NCBI GenBank assembly: GCA_964247055.1
Contig: OZ176050.1
Coordinates: 4,774,001-4,838,000, forward strand
Reading direction: 5' to 3'
DNA length: 64,000 nucleotides
Source: Paragordius varius
Lineage: Eukaryota; Animalia; Nematomorpha
The notes under the pieces are model-generated. The model saw only the letters and a list, made by a program, of their open reading frames with translations. It was not told the origin of the DNA and ran no database searches. Positions 56,601-64,000 of the stretch are shown here, piece after piece (positions within the stretch are counted from its first letter, which is position 1; every line of letters begins with the position of its first letter). The translations under genes and the position numbers were made by a program.

Positions 56601-59228
56601 ACAAATGTGTTTGTCAGTTTAAACCGTAACAATTTCATAGTATATACGGGTATCGTAGCTTTTTAATGGTTTTTTTAAACGTTTCTGTAAAGTAAAATTA
56701 TAGTTAATCACTTAACTAAATTGAATCCAATACTAAATTAATGTACTCGCATAACAAATTAAATAATTTTCTGAATTTGTAAAGATAAATATGCACACAT
56801 AAATAAAATATTTACTCATTATATTCTTTAGACATGGTTTCATATCCAACAATCTCCTTTTGCAGTTCTTCAATCTTGCCATTTAACGTGTCTATTTCGG
56901 TTTTAAGGGTTAAAATTGCTTCGTCATTCTTACTCAAATTTTCTTTTAACTTTACATTCTAAATCATTATATATCAGTTGGGGAAATAAACCATAGCCTG
57001 TTCCGATTCATAATTAGCCGCAAGTTTTTCATGTTTATTACGCAAAACATCGTATTCCAAACTAAGGATAAAATCTTGTTGATTATTAGTCTCTGGTTTC
57101 TAAATCATATAAAAATCAAAAATTTATTAAAAAAAAGTGCATTTTTATCCCTATTTAAATTTGTATTCTCATTTAATAAATTATCAGGATATAAAGTATA
57201 ATTAGCATGTCATATAATAATGAAAATTACGTCTTTCTGAAGTATACGCTTTTTTAGGTGGTCAACATCGTTTTGTGAATCAAATAAATTTTGGGCTTCT
57301 AAATTTTCATTTTTCAAAAGTTTTTCAGATTCCTTGATTGTATTAATATCCTGATTATCAGGCTCAATAATATTTTTTGGATTTTCGCCCTCAATTAAAG
57401 GTTGAATTTCTGAACAGTTTTTATTTGGAATGGTTATGTTTGTTGGCAATTTATAATTAAATTTCCCCTCATTCGGTTGAGATAGAGTATTAAGTTCCAA
57501 TCTTAATTCCATAAATTTAGCTACAGTTTTATCCAATTCGTGCTTTGTTTTCTATTGATACGTTATTTAATAAAATAATAAGGACCAGAAGCGATGATAT
57601 TCATTATAAAAATTTTTTATAGTTTTCCCAAAATCTAATTACATTATCAATAGAAATCAAAAATGAACTAAAATTTGATCTTAGTATATAACCGAAAATT
57701 GCTAAAATCTATTCGAAAACTAAAATTCGGAGTTTACAAAACCATTTGGAAATATCAAAGATCTATGAATTATTTTTTTACAAAACCAAAAGAAAAATTA
57801 TGCTTAAAAATGCCGATTTAAAAACATTACATGATTTTATATAGGTTAATTCAATAAATAAATATCCATTTCAATATAATACATATATATATAAACTGTA
57901 TTATACCACATATTTATTAACCATTAAAAAAAAGTTTACGGATAAATTTCAAAGTGATAATAGATTTGCAATGATACTTTATGATTTTCCCGTTCCTCAT
58001 TAAGTTTATCCTGAGTCCACGTTAATGTTAGAGCTTGAGCCTGTATGTGATCTTTTTGCAATTGAAAATCTCTTTTTAACACATTGTTTTCTTTAACCTA
58101 ATTTATTTTTAAATTAATTATTTTGAATGTCATTAAATTGGTAATAAATAAATTTAATATTCCTAACAATTATTAATAATAATATTTTTAATCGATTAAA
58201 AAATAATAAGTATTTAATAAAGTTGTTATGAAATCGCAAACATACCATTTAATCATTCATATTTAAGTTAAAAAAAGTTTTTTTAATATAAGATACATAT
58301 GAAATATGACCATTAAAATTTAGATGATTTTATGTAGATTTTTATAATAAAAAACTAGATTTTTAAAAATAAACGATGCAATTATTTTATTTAAAAAACC
58401 TACATAATCTTTTAATAATAATATCAAGAAAATTATTAATCGTCAAATTGTAGGTAGTAGATTTTGGAGATTAAACAAAATTTAAATATGTTGTAAATGT
58501 TTGCATAAAACAACATTACTTTATCATCCAACAATGATGTGGTTTTGTTAAGATCATATAATGTATTTTTGAGTTTTTCATTCAATTTATCACGAACTTT
58601 GGTGTCCCGATTATATAAATCGGATATTTTTTCACATTTAGACTTCCAATCCAACATTTCTTTTTCACTTTTTGCAAATTTTAAAATCATTTCATTTTTA
58701 TCGTTGGAAGCTTTAGCTAAATCATATTGAATCTAATTGTAATAAATCGGGATACTTTTCCATTATACTCTTTATTCATCTTTTCCATGTTATATAACTG
58801 AGTTTTGTGTAAATTTTCTTTGGATTCAATCATTTCTTTGAGATTATTGATATTATCTTGCATAAATTTTAACCGTTCTTCCATCTAAATTTAAAATATG
58901 TTAACATCTTTCATGTCCTTTTGAGCATGTATATATTTCATGTGTATGTCAGAGTCATTTAAAGCTTTATTGACTTGTTTTTGATAATTTTGCCTGTATA
59001 AAATTAATTATATTCCTACTTGACAAGGAGATATATCAAAGTAAGTATAATTTGTTTTGAAGCATTCTCATAATCCATCAATGCCTCCAAATCATAGGAT
59101 ACTTTTTGCAATACAAAAGGTAGCTTCAACAAACATGATAAATTGCTATCAGCGGATTTCCATGAATAATTTGTTTTAAATTTTGTCACATAAGATAAGG
59201 CATCCGTGTCGCTTCTCAGATCATTCAT
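53674..59228 (-). CDS. CCDC186: Coiled-coil domain-containing protein 186 (CCCP-1-like), ~882 aa. Exons: 59228-59020, 58993-58906, 58884-58756, 58732-58520, 58097-57978, 57551-57231, 57099-56992, 56958-56816, 56521-56341, 56087-56013, 55982-55898, 55820-55741, 55609-55367, 55033-54696, 54385-54319, 53960-53823, 53784-53674
   Basis: Matches recalled CCDC186 motifs: KNEMILKFAKSEKEMLD, LTWTQDKLNEERENHK, KQKNLLELTENLTSDNA, LLIDKSIKLQRALLKRKEKIELLNDHIIRLQDELHKKAKIIQ, and LNDKLQMLLEESLLKIIVLKEGMENLGQEI. The 17 exons sum to 2649 nt in frame. The 5' exons are the least certain. Confidence 0.85.
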
Positions 59229-59452
59229 TCAAATTTCATACTGACAAGCATTTTAAATAAATAAATGAATATTTAAATTTTATCAAAATGTATTAATCTT
59301 TATTAGCTAATATATGAACATAAATATATGATTCATAAAAATTTAATGACTAAATTTATCTGAGGAGTCATTTTTTTGATACACGTGGGATTTACACATA
59401 TTTTTCATGTTTTTTTATTTTAGCATCATTGTTATCTGGACTAAATATTTAA

Positions 59453-60591
59453 CACTTCGATTCAATTTGGGGTATCTAAATACCCCAGACTAAATTTGAG
59501 TTACGATTTTGTAAAAACTCTCAAAGGAAACGGTCCCAATTTATTTTTATGCTTCTATCCTAACAAAAATTATATAAATATGCCAAAATATCTACATAAA
59601 ATTTTGTTTTGATAAAAAAGTTCCATGTCAAACTACTTCGACGTCATTTTTATTTTGCAAAATTTTTGCAAAATAGCGTCTTCATTTAACACTTGGATAC
59701 AACACACTTATTTTAGTCCTTCGATTCAAATTGGGGTAGTTGGATACCCCAGGCCTGTTTAAAATTAAATTCTTTAAAAATATGGAAGGAATCAAAACCA
59801 TGGCAAAACTTTGCACTTAAATAAACCGAATAATTTAAAAAATTTTATTCAAAAATACTTGATATAATTTTTTTTAAGCTAAAACCGAAAGAAAAAAATT
59901 TCGTCAACGTCACAAGTGGGAAATCGTAAAAAAAAATAATACAAAATAAACCGCTATTTCTATTTCTATCAATGTTAAATGTAATTTAAATAAAAAAATA
60001 GCCTAAATTTTACCCTTAAAATTAAATGAAGACGATATTTTGCAAAATTTTGTAAAATAAAAATGGCGTCGAAGTAGTTTGACATGGAACTTTTTTTTCA
60101 AAACAAAATTTTATTTTTTGGCATATTTATATAATATTTATTAGGATAGAAGCATAAATTTAAATTGGGACCCTTTCCCTCAGTAGTTTTTTAAAAATAT
60201 TAATTAATATTTAGTCTGGGGTATTTAGATACCCCAATTTGAATCGAAGTGTTAATTTTAAGGGAAGAATTAAAGCTAATTTTTTATTTAAATTACACCT
60301 AACATTGATAGAAATAGAAAAGCGTATTTTGTATTATTTTTCAATTTTACCATTTACACATGTTACGTTGACTAAATTTTTACCTTTCGGTCTTAGCTTA
60401 AATTAAGTTATATCAAGTATTTGTCGATAAAATTTTTTATATATTTCGGTTTATTAATGTTATATAAGTGCAAAATTTTGCCATGGTTTCGATTACTTCC
60501 ATATTTTTTAAAGAATTTAATTTTAAACACGCCTGGGGTATTTAACTACCCCAATTTGAATCGAAGGACTAAAATGTGTTGTATCCAAGTA
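59453..60591. mobile_element. Family-B TTAA MITE (outer copy) split by a second family-B copy
   Basis: TTAA at 59449-59452 then CACTTCGA; right end CCAAGTA then TTAA at 60592-60595. With the insert removed it is colinear with 15632-16188. Confidence 0.85.
59690..60251. mobile_element. Family-B TTAA MITE (inner copy), inverted relative to the outer copy
   Basis: TTAA(59686-89)|CACTTGGATAC ... GAATCGAAGTG|TTAA(60252-55). Confidence 0.88.
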
Positions 60592-60711
60592 TTAAAAAAA
60601 TACAATGGTATAAAATTGATTACGGGTAACCGCTAAATGATACAGGTATCCCTAAATATAAGTCTACACAACCTTAAAAATTAACACGTGTTTTTCTTAT
60701 CTTCAATTTAA

Positions 60712-60890
60712 CACTTGGCTATAATACATTCATTTTAGTCCTTCAGTTTGGAATAAAAATGATATGGCAAATGTTTGAACTGATATAACATTGATGAACC
60801 GATATATGAAGCAAAATTTATTCGAAAAAACTTAATAAATTTTTGTTGATAACCGAAGTTAAAAATTTAGCTAATATTGCCATGTGTGGA
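60712..60890. mobile_element. Truncated, older family-B MITE end
   Basis: TTAA|CACTTGGCTATAATACATTCATTTTAGTCCTTC resembles TTAA|CACTTGGATACAACACACTTATTTTAGTCCTTC at 59690. Confidence 0.55.
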
Positions 60891-62409
60891 GTGTTACCAA
60901 TTTTTTTTGACGACTTGCAATTTTTTCGAGTCATGACTAGCTTTCATATGATAGAAAAAAATAGACATTAGGCGACTTAAGTCAAGCAAGACTTGACTCG
61001 TAGGTGATAAAAAATCATATGATTTAGTAAAACTTGCAGATATTGCAAGTTAGGTGTAGGACACACTTGACAGATTTAAAAATATGGATAAATCATTTTG
61101 AACTATTTATGTATATAATTTAGGTTTATATAGATAAAACGTTTGTTAATGCTATATACTGTTTGTTTAATAATCTTTGGCTAATTAACTTATATAAAAT
61201 TAATTAGATACAAACTTTGCTAATATTTATGAACAAAAATTTTATCAATTTCGTGAACCCGAAAAAAGAATCTGATATAAATATTATTAATTGAATATTA
61301 ATGTTTAAAATTTTCCTATCTTCGTTTTACATAAAATAATAAATGCTAAAAGTTACTTCACCATAAAACATGGAAGTTTATTTCATCATAAATTTATTTC
61401 AAATGTAATGTTGATAATCAATTTGATATAATAATATATTATTTACAAGTGTTTTAAGATACAATCTTCATATAAATCAAATTAATTCTTATCTAATTTA
61501 CAAAGCATTGTTTTCAAACATTACCATCTATATCTAAAATATTAATTTCTTTTATGATGAATCAGATCAGCAAACCCGTCCATTTAGATAATAAAATTAA
61601 ACATTTAAGCTATATAATGAACCAATTCTGAAAAACTTCGAAAAATTTTTTAATAGTCTGCATGTGATATCACGTTGTCCACAAAAAGAGAGGGACGCCT
61701 TTTTTAATATTAATATGACCATAAAAGGCAATCAGCAAAGGATGTATCAAATTTATGGCGGAAAATACTTCATGGAAGAAAACTCCGCTCGTGTTTTAAA
61801 CTTAATTTACCAATTTGATTCAATTTAATATTAAAATAATAAGGTGAAATAAGATTAGTTTTAGGTAAAAAATTGATTTGGAACCGGTTTCGAATTCGGT
61901 ATAATTAAAGAAGATGGCCCTTTGACATGCAATATTAAAAAACATAAAATTAGTTAAGCATTTAAAATCAAAATTGAACCGACAGTTGTTGGCACATTCT
62001 CTCAATATTCTTTTGATAATAAAAAGCACTTATTTAGCCCAATATATTAAGGTTAAGAAATAATTTTAGAAAATTTTAAATTTTTACATATCTTAGTAAA
62101 TTTACATTGCTTTATTCAAATCATTGCCTAATAATGTTATATATTGTTATAACACTGCGTTTAAAATAGGGGGGTTTAAAAAAATATCCTGATTAATATA
62201 TATATCCTGAGAGGAAAATGTATCGAGATTATAATGATACTTTTGGTTTTAGCCCTTACTAATTAAGATAGTTTTATAAACTTTTTTGGTAACTGCTATA
62301 TATCAGAAAATGACAAAATTTTCGCATATTTTGTATAAATCTTTCTTGGTGAAAGCTAAATGCTTTATTTCAAATATCACTAGCATAACAATTTATAAAA
62401 TTTTAATTT

Positions 62410-63130
62410 TTTGATGAGGGCACAGAAAGTCCCAATATCCTTAGTGAAACGCAAAAATGCCGAGTTAGCGCGATAAATTTTTAAATGTATGTTAAATTTG
62501 GACATCAAAAAAGTTTTTTTCCAAAAAAAATGGACATTTCTTTTACGCCAAAATTTTGGTGAAGCGTACTTTATACTATTTTGAGGCATTATGGAAACGG
62601 TATAAAAACTCTTTAAAATGTTTTATATATAATTCGATGATGCTGAACATTTCTATCACTCCAGAATTTGAAATATCCGCTTACCCTTAAATTTATTTTA
62701 TTTACATTGTGTTTTTCACGAGCAAACGAACCATTAAATTAAAATTCTCTGATAAGTAAAAAATGTTCAATATAAAAAAGGTTTGTGTAATATCCTAAAG
62801 CGATTTTATACTGTTTCTATCATGCCTCAAAATATCAAGTAGGATTCAACAAAATTTGCTAAAAATTAAATTTTTAAGCGAAATATCCATTTTTCTGAAA
62901 AATTTTTGTGTCAAAATTTTATTTTTGCGTTCATTTTAGGAGAACTAGACCATACTAGCGGCAAAAATTGGGACTTTGGGAGCCCACATGTAAAAATAAA
63001 AAACTTATAATATTGTGATACTTTTTATATTTAGTTTATAATGTATTTTAGTAATATTTTTTGGAAGGAAACTTCACCAAAAACTTTTATTACCAAAAGT
63101 GCGCAAGTTTTGCCATTTTCTGATATGGAT
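62410..63130. mobile_element. Family-A palindromic non-autonomous element (uninterrupted copy); boundaries approximate
   Basis: 62540-62660 is the inverse of ~62750-62870. Colinear similarity to 15255-16620. Confidence 0.7.
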
Positions 63131-64000
63131 CAGGTACCAAAAAATCAAAAATTACTTTCTAAAATCACTCAAAAGGGCCAAACCCAAAAGTCCATGATAA
63201 TTTTCGATTATATATATATATTTGATCAAGGTTTTTTTTGTGGACACTGTGTAATACAAAATATCCTACACGATCTTTAATCAAATATTTTATCGTTAAT
63301 CAAATTACGTTTATAATTTGTAATTTGTTTTTGCAAAATATTAGACAAATATAAAATCGAGACACTTATTTACCGATATAGCAAATCAAACATGGTTAAA
63401 ACTAGTTTTGATAGAATGTACAAAGTCAATAAATTAAGTACATATAGAGTAAACAGAGGTGACTTAAACACAACCAAAAAAATGCAAAATGAACCAGTTT
63501 TTTGCGAAATTCAAGATAAATTAAGTATTGCGCAAAAGAGCTAAGACACAAACTTAAATTAATTATAACATTTCATTTATTTGATTTTAATTGTATAATG
63601 ATTAAAAATAAATATATATAGATATATATTAATTGGGTCATCATTCTAATAAAAATATATCAAAATGAAAGATCAAATTTAAATATTGTATAATTTGTTC
63701 GCTTTTATAACCATAAATGTATAGGGTTACATATAATTCTACGGTTTATTTAAATTAAACAATTTAATAAATACTAAAATGAATGCAACTATTATTGGTC
63801 GATTAGGGATAAAATTTGATTAAACATACACCATTCCATGCAAATGTTTTTTGTGAACACAAAATTGTGATATCGAAGATTAAATAAATATTATATTTAT
63901 AGATAGATATATAATTTAGTCAAGTTTGTAAAGTCGAACTATGATTTGAGGTAAGGAGACATTATTATTTAAGCAATTATTATTGTTTGTAATATAACTA

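Noticed and set aside
61560-62030. Coding-looking or degenerate RT-like stretch (KKGVP.. on the minus strand)
   Set aside because: Fragments are too short and degenerate to support either a gene or a TE call.

Overview
Very AT-rich (roughly 25% GC by eye), intron-rich animal genomic DNA. I reconstructed nine protein-coding genes by hand using GT-AG boundaries, exon phase and recalled family motifs. In order they are: the 3' part of an FN3 single-pass receptor with no catalytic domain (+), a hidden 3-exon secreted single-VWC protein (-), a GH18 chitinase with CBM14 (+), an intronless HHAT-type MBOAT (-), mitochondrial peroxiredoxin PRDX3 (-), an intact 12-exon trehalase-like gene that has lost its active-site signature (-), PI4K type II (-), NADPH-cytochrome P450 reductase POR (+) and CCDC186 (-). 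The last POR intron holds an almost full-length, damaged 18S rDNA copy. Intergenic and intronic DNA is full of TE relics: a Buster-type hAT, a Mos1-like mariner, RTE LINE pieces, and TA- and TTAA-targeting MITEs, one of them inserted into its own family member. The most striking signals are (i) GT-AG introns of only 21-28 nt, clustered at the 5' ends of three housekeeping genes and sitting beside kb-sized introns, and (ii) the apparently catalytically dead, membrane-anchored GH37 protein. The organism was not identified. All gene models are manual and have no transcript support.
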